NCBI GenBank assembly: GCA_964631855.1
Contig: CAZWAM010000004.1
Location: forward strand, 3,508 to 61,276
Source of the DNA: an uncultured bacterium
GTDB taxonomy: Bacteria; RBG-13-66-14; B26-G2; WVWN01
DNA: 57,769 bases
Direction of reading: 5' to 3'
Of the stretch, positions 1 to 8,385 are shown one piece after another (within the stretch, counting starts at the first letter, position 1; each line of letters opens with the position of its first letter). The notes below the pieces were generated by a model, which was not told the origin of the DNA, ran no database searches, and saw only the letters and a list, made by a program, of their open reading frames with translations. The translations under genes were made by a program, and so were the position numbers.

Positions 1-2010
1 CCAGGCGCGAAGCGCCACGACGAACTGCGCGCCGCCGCACAACCCCGCGCCGAGCGCGACGCCGCCGAAAACGACGTGCACGACGCCGGCCGGCGCGGCG
101 CCCCACCGCGACAATAAATAGAGTACGGGAGGCAGCGCGAACGCGATTAAAATCGTACAGCCCAAAATATCGACCAGCCGCTGGCGGTCGGCCTCGGACG
201 CACCCGGCCGGGGCAGCAAGCCACCCAGCGCGACGCCGGCCATAAAGGCACCTACGATTAAAGCGAGCTCCAGGTAGGCCGCGCCGTATACTACCTGGTA
301 ACCGAATATGATCAAGAGCTCGAGCGAAATTTCGATAAACCCTTGCGCCGCGACGGCGAGCGTCAACGCGGGGCCGCCGCTCAGGCGCCGGCGCCATATA
401 AGCCACGGCGCCGCAAGGGCCGCGGCGAACGCGATAATATACCATAAACGCAGGCGCCGCGCGGCAGCTAATACGCCTCGCTCCGCGCCGCCGACCCTCG
501 ACGCCCAGAGCGCCAGGCCGTAGTACAGCGCCTTGGGCTTCAAGTCCGCGTTTACCTCCGCGGGGAGGCTCGTCGCGCGCGCCGCGGCCTCGACACGGTC
601 CGGCGTCAGGCCGTATTTGAAATGCGCCTCCGTCAGGTAATAATTTTTAATATGGAACCGGCGCAGAGTTTGCACGTAAGATGCGGCCGAGGCGTCCAGC
701 GGCGCCTCCGAAGCCAGGAAGATAAAACGTTCGCCGGGCAAATACGCGACGTGGGGGAAAACGGCGGCCGCGGTCCGATACGTCGAGCTAAGAAATTCGG
801 ACAAGTCGGGCGAATAATAATTGGCGGCGCCGGGGGCGCTGAAGGCCAAAAGGCCCCCCGGCGTAAGAAGGCGCCTTACGTCTTCGAAGAACTCTACCGT
901 GAAATAACGGTTGACCTGCGCCGAGACGGGTGTCGGCATCGCCACGACCACGACGTCGGCACGTAAACCCTCGGCGGCGGCGCGGCGCACCCAAAGGCGG
1001 CCGTCCGCGGCCACGTAGCGCGCGCGGGCGAGGCCCGGGACGCCGCGGGGGAACGTCGCGGCCGCGGCCTCGACGAGCGCCGCGTCCAACTCCACGTATA
1101 AAAGGTCCCGTACGGAACGGAATTTCTTAAACTCGTCGAGCGCCCCGTTCAAGCCGCCGCCGACCAGGACCACCCGCCTCGCCCGCGGGCGGAGCAACAT
1201 CGCCGGTTGGACCGTCTCCTCGGCGGCAAGGCGGTCCGGGTACGACGCGACCAACAGGCCGTTTTCGTAAAGGGCGTATTGGTCGGCGCGCGCCGCGGCC
1301 ACCACCGCGCCGTAAGGCGACGTGCCGTACGCCAGCACTTCCTCGCCGGGAAAAGACCGCTCGAAAAACCAGCGGCGAACCAGCTCGGTGCGGAATGTCG
1401 TGACCAAAATGCCCCCACCGAGCGTCAGCGCCGCCAACGCGACCGCGGCGAACTTGTACCTTCGCCCTGCACCGGCGGCCGCCGCGGCGGCCACGGTCGC
1501 GCAAAAAAGAACGACCGCCCCGGCAATCAAAGGCGTGATCCAACGGTAAAGCAGCGTGGTGAAGAGCAAGCCGGCTACGCAGGAACCGGCCGCCTCCGCA
1601 ATATAAACCGTCTTCGCGCTACCCGCGGCGCGGGCCACGAGCGCAAAAGCAGCCCCGCTGAAGAAGGCCGGCGGCCCCACGGCCGCGAAGGCAAAGGCGA
1701 ACGCCTTGAGCCAGCTCACGACCTCGCCCGGCAGCGCGCCCAATATAGGCCGGCCCCCCCAAACCAGCCACAGGCCCAACATGTAAGAAGCGCCGAGCGC
1801 GGTGAAGGAAAGTGCCGCCGCCCACCAGCCGGCCTTACGTACGCGACTCGCCGCCAGGCTGCCGAGGCCCCCCGCGGCAAGCCAGGCGCCGAGGGTAAGG
1901 CCGACCGCGATCTCGTTGCCGCCCGAGAGCGATAAGTATTCGCGCAAGAGCTCGAGCTGGCTCACGATGGCCGCGGCGCCAAGACAGAACGCGAAAACGA
2001 CGGTCAACAT
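1..2010 (-). CDS. Fused polytopic membrane / spermidine-synthase-like (aminopropyltransferase fold) protein; the C-terminal end runs off the window
   Basis: Absent from the ORF track because no stop lies in the window. I read the minus frame triplet by triplet from ATG 2010..2008 (in-frame TAG upstream at 2019..2017) down to position 1 and found 670 codons with no stop. The N-terminus is hydrophobic (MLTVVFAFCLGAAAIVSQLELLREYLSLSG...). It is followed by ...RRVVLVGGGLNGALDEFKKFRSVRDLLYVELDA... and ...ADVVVVAMPTPVSAQVNRYFTVEFFEDVRRLLTPGGLLAF, which is the spermidine-synthase/class-I methyltransferase pattern. Confidence 0.7.
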   Translation of the reverse strand, partial: MLTVVFAFCLGAAAIVSQLELLREYLSLSGGNEIAVGLTLGAWLAAGGLGSLAASRVRKAGWWAAALSFTALGASYMLGLWLVWGGRPILGALPGEVVSWLKAFAFAFAAVGPPAFFSGAAFALVARAAGSAKTVYIAEAAGSCVAGLLFTTLLYRWITPLIAGAVVLFCATVAAAAAAGAGRRYKFAAVALAALTLGGGILVTTFRTELVRRWFFERSFPGEEVLAYGTSPYGAVVAAARADQYALYENGLLVASYPDRLAAEETVQPAMLLRPRARRVVLVGGGLNGALDEFKKFRSVRDLLYVELDAALVEAAAATFPRGVPGLARARYVAADGRLWVRRAAAEGLRADVVVVAMPTPVSAQVNRYFTVEFFEDVRRLLTPGGLLAFSAPGAANYYSPDLSEFLSSTYRTAAAVFPHVAYLPGERFIFLASEAPLDASAASYVQTLRRFHIKNYYLTEAHFKYGLTPDRVEAAARATSLPAEVNADLKPKALYYGLALWASRVGGAERGVLAAARRLRLWYIIAFAAALAAPWLIWRRRLSGGPALTLAVAAQGFIEISLELLIIFGYQVVYGAAYLELALIVGAFMAGVALGGLLPRPGASEADRQRLVDILGCTILIAFALPPVLYLLSRWGAAPAGVVHVVFGGVALGAGLCGGAQFVVALRAW

Positions 2011-2018
2011 AAAAACCT

Positions 2019-2045
2019 AAAAAAACAGCGGCGTCCCACGCCGCT
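2019..2045 (-). terminator. Intrinsic terminator-like hairpin after yggT
   Basis: Stem 2027-2033 (agcggcg) pairs with 2039-2045 (cgccgct) around a 5-nt loop. On the minus strand it is followed by a run of 7 T (plus-strand A-run 2019-2025). Confidence 0.5.
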
Positions 2046-2064
2046 CTCGGCTGGGAAGTTCCGT

Positions 2065-2367
2065 TTAACCCAAACTACTAACGGCGATAATTAGCCGAGG
2101 AATTAGTAGGTCGCGCAACGCCCACAAAGCCGCCAGCACGACCAACGGCGAAATATCTATGCCACCGAGGTTCAGGCGGAGGCGGTAGTAAATAAAATCG
2201 CGCACCGGGTTGAGGACCGGGTCCGTAACCGCGTACAGGAACCTGAAGACGGGGTTGCGAGGGTTCGGCCGAAACCAGGATGCGATGGCGCGGATGACGA
2301 TAACGACCATGTAAATGCTGATCGCCCGCTCGAGGATAACGAGGATTACAAGTAAGCCGTCGCGCAT
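2065..2367 (-). CDS. yggT: YggT family small integral membrane protein
   Basis: 100 aa, two hydrophobic segments. ...IRAIASWFRPNPRNPVFRFLYAVTDPVLNPVR... matches the YggT/Ycf19 signature. Confidence 0.8.
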   Translation of the reverse strand: MRDGLLVILVILERAISIYMVVIVIRAIASWFRPNPRNPVFRFLYAVTDPVLNPVRDFIYYRLRLNLGGIDISPLVVLAALWALRDLLIPRLIIAVSSLG

Positions 2368-2375
2368 ATCCTTAC

Positions 2376-3275
2376 TTAAAAACGGGTCATGTCCCCCAGC
2401 CGTTTCAGGCGCTCGTCGACGTCGCCGCGAGTCAGGCCGGCGAGGCCGCTCGTTCCCAAGCCCTCGACGGCGAAAGAGGCCACCGTCGCGCCGTACGCGA
2501 CGGCCCGGCAGAGGTTGGCCGGCGAGACATCTTCCGACTCCGCAAGGTAGCCCAGGAAGCCGCCGGCAAAGCTGTCGCCCGCGCCCGTCGGGTCCGCCAC
2601 CTCGCGCACGGGAAAGGCCGGGAGAACGAATTCGAAATCGTGCGACATCAGGATTGCGCCATGCTCACCCTTCTTAGCGAGCACGTACCGCGGCCCCAGA
2701 TCGAGAAGGCGGGCCATGGCGCGGATTAAATTGGCTTCTCCACCGAGCATCTTCGCCTCCGCGTCGTTCACCGTCAAGACGTCGGCCCGTCTAATAACCT
2801 CCTTCAAATCGTCGCGCTGGCGGTCGATCCAATAGTTCATCGTATCGACGGCGACAAAGGTAGGTTTACGCAACTGCTCGAGTACCGCCAGCTGCACCAG
2901 CGGGTCGACGTTGCCGAGGGCGACGAACGGGTGGTCGCGGTACGCTTCCGGGATGACGGGGCTAAAGTCGGCGAAGACGCCCAGCTCGGTGCTTTCCGTT
3001 ACGGCTACGTTTACGTCGCCTTCGTAGCGGCCGCACCAGCGGAAGGTCCGTCCCGCACGACGCTCGAGGCCCGCGCAGTCTACGCCGCGGTCGAAAAACA
3101 TTTGCGCCGCCTCCGCGGGAAAATCGTCGCCCACGACCGCGACGACGGCGACGGGGGCAAACAACGACGCCGCCAACGAAAAATAAGTAGCCGAGCCGCC
3201 GAGCTCTTCCTCCGCACGGCCGCCCGGCGCCTCGATGGTATCCAGCGCTACGGACCCTACGGCGAGTATGCTCAT
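2376..3275 (-). CDS. PfkB-family carbohydrate/nucleoside kinase
   Basis: 299 aa. N-terminal GSVALD...GGSATY and C-terminal DPTGAGDSFAGGFLGYL (the PfkB DTxGAGD anion-hole motif). Confidence 0.85.
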   Translation of the reverse strand: MSILAVGSVALDTIEAPGGRAEEELGGSATYFSLAASLFAPVAVVAVVGDDFPAEAAQMFFDRGVDCAGLERRAGRTFRWCGRYEGDVNVAVTESTELGVFADFSPVIPEAYRDHPFVALGNVDPLVQLAVLEQLRKPTFVAVDTMNYWIDRQRDDLKEVIRRADVLTVNDAEAKMLGGEANLIRAMARLLDLGPRYVLAKKGEHGAILMSHDFEFVLPAFPVREVADPTGAGDSFAGGFLGYLAESEDVSPANLCRAVAYGATVASFAVEGLGTSGLAGLTRGDVDERLKRLGDMTRF

Positions 3276-3300
3276 AACGCCCGCCGGAAGCGATACCCCT

Positions 3301-3328
3301 TTGACTTTAAGTTCATTTCAACTATAAT
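3301..3328 (+). promoter_or_regulatory. Sigma70-like promoter for the amidohydrolase gene
   Basis: TTGACT (3301-3306), 16-nt spacer, TATAAT (3323-3328). It sits in an AT-rich gap of a GC-rich sequence, about 20 nt upstream of the ORF. Confidence 0.55.
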
Positions 3329-3348
3329 GCTACCATACGCATTTTCGG

Positions 3349-4944
3349 GTGTCAACGACCGGCCGAAAGCACGACGTGGAAGCCGATAAGATATTCAAAG
3401 CCGGAACGATTACAACGGCACCGGGCGGGGCCGACGCGGAATTTCTGGCCGTGGGGCGGGGGCGCGTCGTAGCCACTGGCCGCGGCCCGGAAGGCGTCGC
3501 CATCGAGCGGGCGGGGGTGCCGGTTATCGACTTCGGCGACGCCGCGGTGCTGCCCGGGTTGTGGGACGCCCACGTACACTTGCTGTTGACCGGCCTGGCC
3601 CTGCGGCAAACGGACCTGAGCGGCGCGCGCAGCCTGGCCGACGTCTTCGAGGTCATCCGCGAAGCGTCCGGGGGCGGCGACGAAATCGCGATTTGCAACG
3701 GCCTGGACGAAACCCGTCTCGCCGAAGGGCGGCTCCCCACCGGCGCGGAACTCGACGCCGCTTCGCCGCAAAAGCCGATAGTTGTTGTGCGGGTGGATTC
3801 CCACTCGCTGGTTATCAACGAAGCCGCGCGGCGGCATCTAACGGTAGAGCCGTCGTGGCCGGGGGTAGAGCTGGACGCGGACGGGCGACTGACGGGCGTA
3901 TTACGCGGCCGCGCGAACGAAATGGCGCGGACGAAAATCTACAACGGCGTCGACGCGACGACGAAGGCCGCGGCCTACGCCGAGGCCGCGGCGCTCGCGG
4001 CCTCGCGCGGCGTCGTCGCGCTGTGCGCGCTCGAAGGGGGACGGCTCTTCGGCGAGGACGACGTACCGGTCCTTCTCGCGTGCCGCGACCGACTCCCCGT
4101 CGAGACTTTCGTCTTTCCCCAAATACCCTCGGCGACGGCCGCGCGCGAACTGGGCCTGCCCCGCCTCGGCGGCTGCATCCTGGTCGACGGCTCGTTGGGC
4201 TCGTGGACCGCGGCGTTAACCGAACCCTATGCCGACCGCCCCACGACGCGCGGCGAGTTATATTTCGCGGCCGACGACCTCAACGCCGTCGTCCTTGCAG
4301 CCCACGCCACCGGCCTACAGGTCGCGCTCCACGCCATAGGCGACCGGGCCGTAACGCAGGTTCTCGACGCCTACGAAATCGCGGCGCAAGAACACCCGCG
4401 GGCCGATTGCCGCCACCGCGTCGAACACGCAGAACTCGCCACGGACCGGGATTTGGCTCGGGCGGCCGAACTCGGCATCATATTCTCGATGCAACCTGCG
4501 TTCGAATGGTATTGGGGCGGCCCGGGTAAGATGTACGAATCCCGGCTGGGAAAAAGGTTCCGCCGGACGAACAGATTGCGGTCGGCGCTCAAAGCGGGCG
4601 TCGCCCTCGCGGGCGGCTCCGACTCCAACATTACGCCGCTGAACCCGCTGTTGGGCATCGCCGCGGCGATGGCCCATCCCGTTGAAGACGAACGTCTGTC
4701 GTTCGACGAGGCATTCGCGATGTTTACCACCGGCGCCGCCGCGGCCGCGTTCGCCGAGGACGATTGGGGGACGCTCGAGCCGGGCAAATCGGCGTCGTTC
4801 GCCGTGCTCCCGCGGGACCCCCGGTCGTTGAACCCCGAAGAAATCGCGGCTATGGAATTCGTCGCGACGGTAGTACGAGGAGAGTTTACTTTCCGAAGGG
4901 GGAACGAAAAGGCCGGCGGTCAAGAAGCGCGCGCGGCTTCGTAG
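3349..4944 (+). CDS. Metal-dependent amidohydrolase (Amidohydro_3 / YtcJ-like)
   Basis: 531-aa ORF. GLWDAHVHLLLTG carries the HxH metal motif; later HAIGDRA and ...GGSDSNITPLNP... The true start may be the GTG at 3376 (VEADKIFKAGTI...). Confidence 0.8.
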   Translation: MSTTGRKHDVEADKIFKAGTITTAPGGADAEFLAVGRGRVVATGRGPEGVAIERAGVPVIDFGDAAVLPGLWDAHVHLLLTGLALRQTDLSGARSLADVFEVIREASGGGDEIAICNGLDETRLAEGRLPTGAELDAASPQKPIVVVRVDSHSLVINEAARRHLTVEPSWPGVELDADGRLTGVLRGRANEMARTKIYNGVDATTKAAAYAEAAALAASRGVVALCALEGGRLFGEDDVPVLLACRDRLPVETFVFPQIPSATAARELGLPRLGGCILVDGSLGSWTAALTEPYADRPTTRGELYFAADDLNAVVLAAHATGLQVALHAIGDRAVTQVLDAYEIAAQEHPRADCRHRVEHAELATDRDLARAAELGIIFSMQPAFEWYWGGPGKMYESRLGKRFRRTNRLRSALKAGVALAGGSDSNITPLNPLLGIAAAMAHPVEDERLSFDEAFAMFTTGAAAAAFAEDDWGTLEPGKSASFAVLPRDPRSLNPEEIAAMEFVATVVRGEFTFRRGNEKAGGQEARAAS

Positions 4945-6011
4945 ACGGCCTCGGTCCTCCGCGCCACCTCTTCCCAGGAGTACAAATCGGCGACGCGCCG
5001 TTGGGCCGCGGCGCCTTTTTCTTTTAACTCCTCCGGGACACGGATTAACCTCTGCAATTGCTCCCGGAGGGAGGCGACGTTGCCGCTCGGGAAGTAGAAG
5101 CCGGCGTCGCCCAGCGCTTCGACGTTAGCGGGGATGTCCGAAGCCAAAACGCCCGCGCCGTGGCTCATCGCCTCGAGCAACGCGATCGAAAGGCCCTCCA
5201 ACGTCGACGGCTGGACGTAGAGGTACGCGCCGGCGAAGAAGGCCGCGAGGGGCGGGCCGTAGACGTACCCCACGAAGCGCACCCGTTCGTCCGCGGCCCC
5301 CCTCAGTTGCGCGAGGTATTTGCCGTACGGGTCGTCGCCCACGACGACGAGCGGTACGTCGGTCCGGGTATCGCGGTAGGCCTCGAGTAAGAGGTGGATG
5401 CCCTTTTCCGGGACGAGCCTGCCAACGGTCAGGATATAACGTCCCGGCTCGAGGCCGTACGTTTTTAAATTTTCGAGATTCACGGGCCCGGGTGCACTCA
5501 CGGCGTTCGGGACGTACGTGGCCCGCCGGCGGTAGCGGCGCGCGAAATAACGCTCGAGCTCGCGCGAAACGACGATGGTCCGCGAGGCGAGGCGCGCCGC
5601 GGCCCGCTCGCCGAGGCGGAGGTACGCCGAGGCCAACGGGCCCCACTTCTCCCGCCGCCAGTCCAGGCCGTGGACCGTCACGACGACCGGCTTGCCCAAC
5701 AACCGCGGGATGAAGGCGAGCGTGGCCGGGCCGAGGGCGTGGTAGTGGTAGACGTCGAACGGACGGGGCGCGGCGTCGAGGGAGGCGAGCAACGTGTGGG
5801 TCCACGCGTCGAGGTGCTTGGTGTTTACGCTGGGAAGGCGGCGGAGCTTCAATCCCTCTATCGAGCCTTCGGGGGGGGTATAACGTCGTCGGCAATAAAC
5901 GGTAACGTCGTGGCCGCGACGGGCCAGGCCGCGGCCGAGCTCTTCGACGTGGCGCTCGACGCCGCCGTGGAGCGCGGGAACGCCCTTGAGCCCTATCATG
6001 GCTACTCTCAC
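4920..6011 (-). CDS. Glycosyltransferase family 4 (GT-B)
   Basis: 363 aa. Begins MRVAMIGLKGVPALHGGVERHVEELGRGLARRGHDV. The C-terminal half has ...VQPSTLEGLSIALLEAMSHGAGVLASD... (the E-x7-E region). Confidence 0.85.
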   Translation of the reverse strand: MRVAMIGLKGVPALHGGVERHVEELGRGLARRGHDVTVYCRRRYTPPEGSIEGLKLRRLPSVNTKHLDAWTHTLLASLDAAPRPFDVYHYHALGPATLAFIPRLLGKPVVVTVHGLDWRREKWGPLASAYLRLGERAAARLASRTIVVSRELERYFARRYRRRATYVPNAVSAPGPVNLENLKTYGLEPGRYILTVGRLVPEKGIHLLLEAYRDTRTDVPLVVVGDDPYGKYLAQLRGAADERVRFVGYVYGPPLAAFFAGAYLYVQPSTLEGLSIALLEAMSHGAGVLASDIPANVEALGDAGFYFPSGNVASLREQLQRLIRVPEELKEKGAAAQRRVADLYSWEEVARRTEAVYEAARAS

Positions 6012-7216
6012 GCCGCGACCTCGCGGTAGATTTCGAGCAAGCGGCCTATATGGTCCTTGAACGAGAAATCGCGCGCGAGGCGCTCCTGCCCCGCGGCGCC
6101 CAGCTTCCTCGCGGCTCGAGCATCCCCTGCCAACCGGGCCAGGATGTCTGCGAGGCCGCGTACGTCGCCCGGCTCGAAAAGCACACCCTCGACGCCGTCC
6201 GCCAACATCTCGGGGACGCCGCCGATGCGGGCCGCCACGACGGGCGCGCCGGCCGCGAAGGCCTCTAATATTACGGCCGGCGTATTTTCGGGCCAGCGCG
6301 ACGGCACGACGACCGCGCGCGCCGAGGCCATCTGCGCGGCGAGGCCCCGCGCGTCAAGGTGCCCCAAAAACTCGACGTTGCCGGGGGCGTAATATTCAGC
6401 CAATCTAAGAAGTTCGGTTTCTTCCGGGCCCGCACCCGCCACCTTCAGGCGGACCGGGAGGCCGGCCAGGCCGACGGCCTGAACGAGCACGTCCACGCCT
6501 TTCTCGGCCGCGAGGCGGCCGGCATATAGGAAATAATTTTCCTTACGCGCGATCTCTGCCACCTTGATGTTGACCGCCGGCGGGAGGAGCGTCACTTTCT
6601 CGCCGCCGTAACCGGCGGCCCTCACCTTTTCGCCGAGGAAGGCCGAAGGGACGACGACGCGGGCCAGCTTGCGATATACGCCGGTACGCCGGGCCACGAG
6701 GTGCGCGACGTAACCTATGGCCGACGCGCCGAGTCTGCCTTTTACACATCGCCGCGTTATGCACGAAAAATACTTCCCCTCCGCGCAACGGAAGCAAGGC
6801 TCGTCGCGGCTGTAGAAGTAATGGTTAGGGCAGAGCAAGTTATAATCGTGCAGCGTCATAACCGCGGGCACGCCCGCCCGCGCTAATGCCGCGACGACGG
6901 AAGGCGTAAGGTGGTACGCGACGTTGTGGAGGTGCGCGACGTCGGGTTTGACCTCCGCCACGAACTCGCGCAAGCCCGCCGCGGCCGCCCGCGACCAAAT
7001 CGCCGCCAGCGCGGCCCCAGCCGGCACGTGGGGCGCGGCGAAGTCGTGGTAAGGCGGGTAATACCGGCGGTACTCGCCCTCGACGTTTTCCGGGTGGGCC
7101 GTCCCGAAGAAAAAGACGTCGTGGCGCCGCCTTTTAAGGGCCCGGGCGACGTCGAACATGTAGCGCTCCGCGCCGCCCCGGCGATATAAAAATTTATTTA
7201 TGTGAACAATACGCAC
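6008..7216 (-). CDS. Glycosyltransferase family 4 (GT-B)
   Basis: 402 aa. ...VVPSRWPENTPAVILEAFAAGAPVVAARIGGVPE... is a typical GT4 C-terminal domain. Overlaps the downstream GT4 gene by 4 nt. Confidence 0.85.
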   Translation of the reverse strand: MRIVHINKFLYRRGGAERYMFDVARALKRRRHDVFFFGTAHPENVEGEYRRYYPPYHDFAAPHVPAGAALAAIWSRAAAAGLREFVAEVKPDVAHLHNVAYHLTPSVVAALARAGVPAVMTLHDYNLLCPNHYFYSRDEPCFRCAEGKYFSCITRRCVKGRLGASAIGYVAHLVARRTGVYRKLARVVVPSAFLGEKVRAAGYGGEKVTLLPPAVNIKVAEIARKENYFLYAGRLAAEKGVDVLVQAVGLAGLPVRLKVAGAGPEETELLRLAEYYAPGNVEFLGHLDARGLAAQMASARAVVVPSRWPENTPAVILEAFAAGAPVVAARIGGVPEMLADGVEGVLFEPGDVRGLADILARLAGDARAARKLGAAGQERLARDFSFKDHIGRLLEIYREVAA

Positions 7217-8035
7217 TCAACGCCGGCGCCGCCCGCGCCGGGAACGGAATTCGTAATAGCTTAACACAGCTTGCGCCGCGTCGAGAAAACACGCCAGGAA
7301 ACCGGCCCAACCGTCCAGGAAACCCCATTTGAACAAATAGCGACGCCAGAATCTGGCGGCCGGGCGTATGAAAAAATAATATACATCCGCGGCGACGCCG
7401 CCGCGCAGGCCGCGCCGCTCGAGGTAATCGGCGCCCGCGGCCACGTAGAGCGGCAACTTCCGAACGTAGTCGCCCACGGTGGGATAGGTCCGGTGGTACA
7501 GCGGCGCGTCGAGCCTTCCGACGCGGCCGTCCACGCGCAGTCGTTCGTGCACCGAAAGGCAGCGAAAACGCGCGCGGCCCCGGCGGAACAGGCGGAGTTG
7601 GTAGTCGGGGTACGCGCCGCCGTGTTTGACGTATTTACCGAAGTAGTTGTTCCGCCGCGGGAACTCGTAGGCGGCGTAAGGGGCGTCGCCGTCGGCGACC
7701 GCGGCCTCTACCGCGGCCGCCAGCTCCGCGGTAACGCTCTCGTCCGGGTCGAGGTAGATTATCCATTCGCCGCGGCACGCGTCAATGGCCTTCGTTTTGT
7801 TTACGTTCAAGTTGAAGTCGTTTTTGACGGGAATAACCACCGCACCCGCCTGCCCGGCGACGGCGGCCGTGTCGTCGGTGGACTCGGCGTCGGCGACGAC
7901 GATCTCGTCCGCGAACGTCAGCGTCTCGAGGAGCGCGGCGAGGTCGCCCGCCTCGTTGTGGGCGAGTATCGCGACCGATATGCGGGGGGTTTCGCCTTGC
8001 ATAGGGTTATAATTTATGTTAGTATAACAATTCAA
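7217..8035 (-). CDS. Glycosyltransferase family 2
   Basis: [14 protein letters not shown]...[12 protein letters not shown]...IIYLDPDE (GT-A with DxD). The likely true start is Met12 (MQGETPR, about 8002). Confidence 0.8.
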   Translation of the reverse strand: MNCYTNINYNPMQGETPRISVAILAHNEAGDLAALLETLTFADEIVVADAESTDDTAAVAGQAGAVVIPVKNDFNLNVNKTKAIDACRGEWIIYLDPDESVTAELAAAVEAAVADGDAPYAAYEFPRRNNYFGKYVKHGGAYPDYQLRLFRRGRARFRCLSVHERLRVDGRVGRLDAPLYHRTYPTVGDYVRKLPLYVAAGADYLERRGLRGGVAADVYYFFIRPAARFWRRYLFKWGFLDGWAGFLACFLDAAQAVLSYYEFRSRRGRRRR

Positions 8036-8049
8036 AAAAGGAATATATT

Positions 8050-8238
8050 ATGGCTTATAGATGCGATATATGCGGTAAACGGCCTATGTTCGGCCACAAC
8101 ATCAGCCACGCGCACAACGTCACGAAACGCAAATTTATGCCGAACCTGCACCGCGTCCGCGTGCGCGTCAACGGCCGCGTAAAGCGGATCCGGGTATGCA
8201 CGCGATGCCTGAAGGCCGGTAAAGTTCATAAAGTATAA
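8050..8238 (+). CDS. rpmB: 50S ribosomal protein L28
   Basis: 62 aa. [34 protein letters not shown] is the canonical L28 N-terminus. Confidence 0.95.
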   Translation: MAYRCDICGKRPMFGHNISHAHNVTKRKFMPNLHRVRVRVNGRVKRIRVCTRCLKAGKVHKV

Positions 8239-8256
8239 AACTTGTCGGAGCGCAAT

Positions 8257-8284
8257 AAAAGCCCGCGCGCGGGCTTTTTTTATT
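8257..8284 (+). terminator. Intrinsic terminator after rpmB
   Basis: Stem gcccgcg (8261-8267) / cgcgggc (8268-8274), followed by a T-run from 8275. Confidence 0.7.
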
Positions 8285-8323
8285 TTACGGCCCGGCCCGC
8301 GCCACGTCAAGCCAATTCTCCGC

Positions 8324-8351
8324 TTGACATTTAACGCGCCTCCTCTATAAT
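8324..8351 (+). promoter_or_regulatory. Consensus sigma70-like promoter
   Basis: TTGACA (8324-8329), 16-nt spacer, TATAAT (8346-8351). Confidence 0.55.
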
Positions 8352-8361
8352 CTCAATATAA

Positions 8362-8385
8362 GGCCGCCAAAGCGGCGGCCTTTTT
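8362..8385 (+). terminator. Terminator-like hairpin plus T5 directly downstream of the predicted transcription start site (TSS)
   Basis: ggccgcc (8362-8368), loop aaagc, ggcggcc (8374-8380), then ttttt (8381-8385). It lies about 14 nt before ATG 8399. Confidence 0.4.

Noticed and set aside
3561-4529. Arg/Pro/Gly-rich alternative-frame ORFs here and at 1207..1935, 5125..5895, 7271..8182, 9475..10380, 10636..11682, 11619..12341, 19635..20363, 55901..56968 and 57049..57729
   Set aside because: These are typical stop-poor shadow frames of GC-rich coding DNA. Each overlaps a gene with clear family motifs in another frame.
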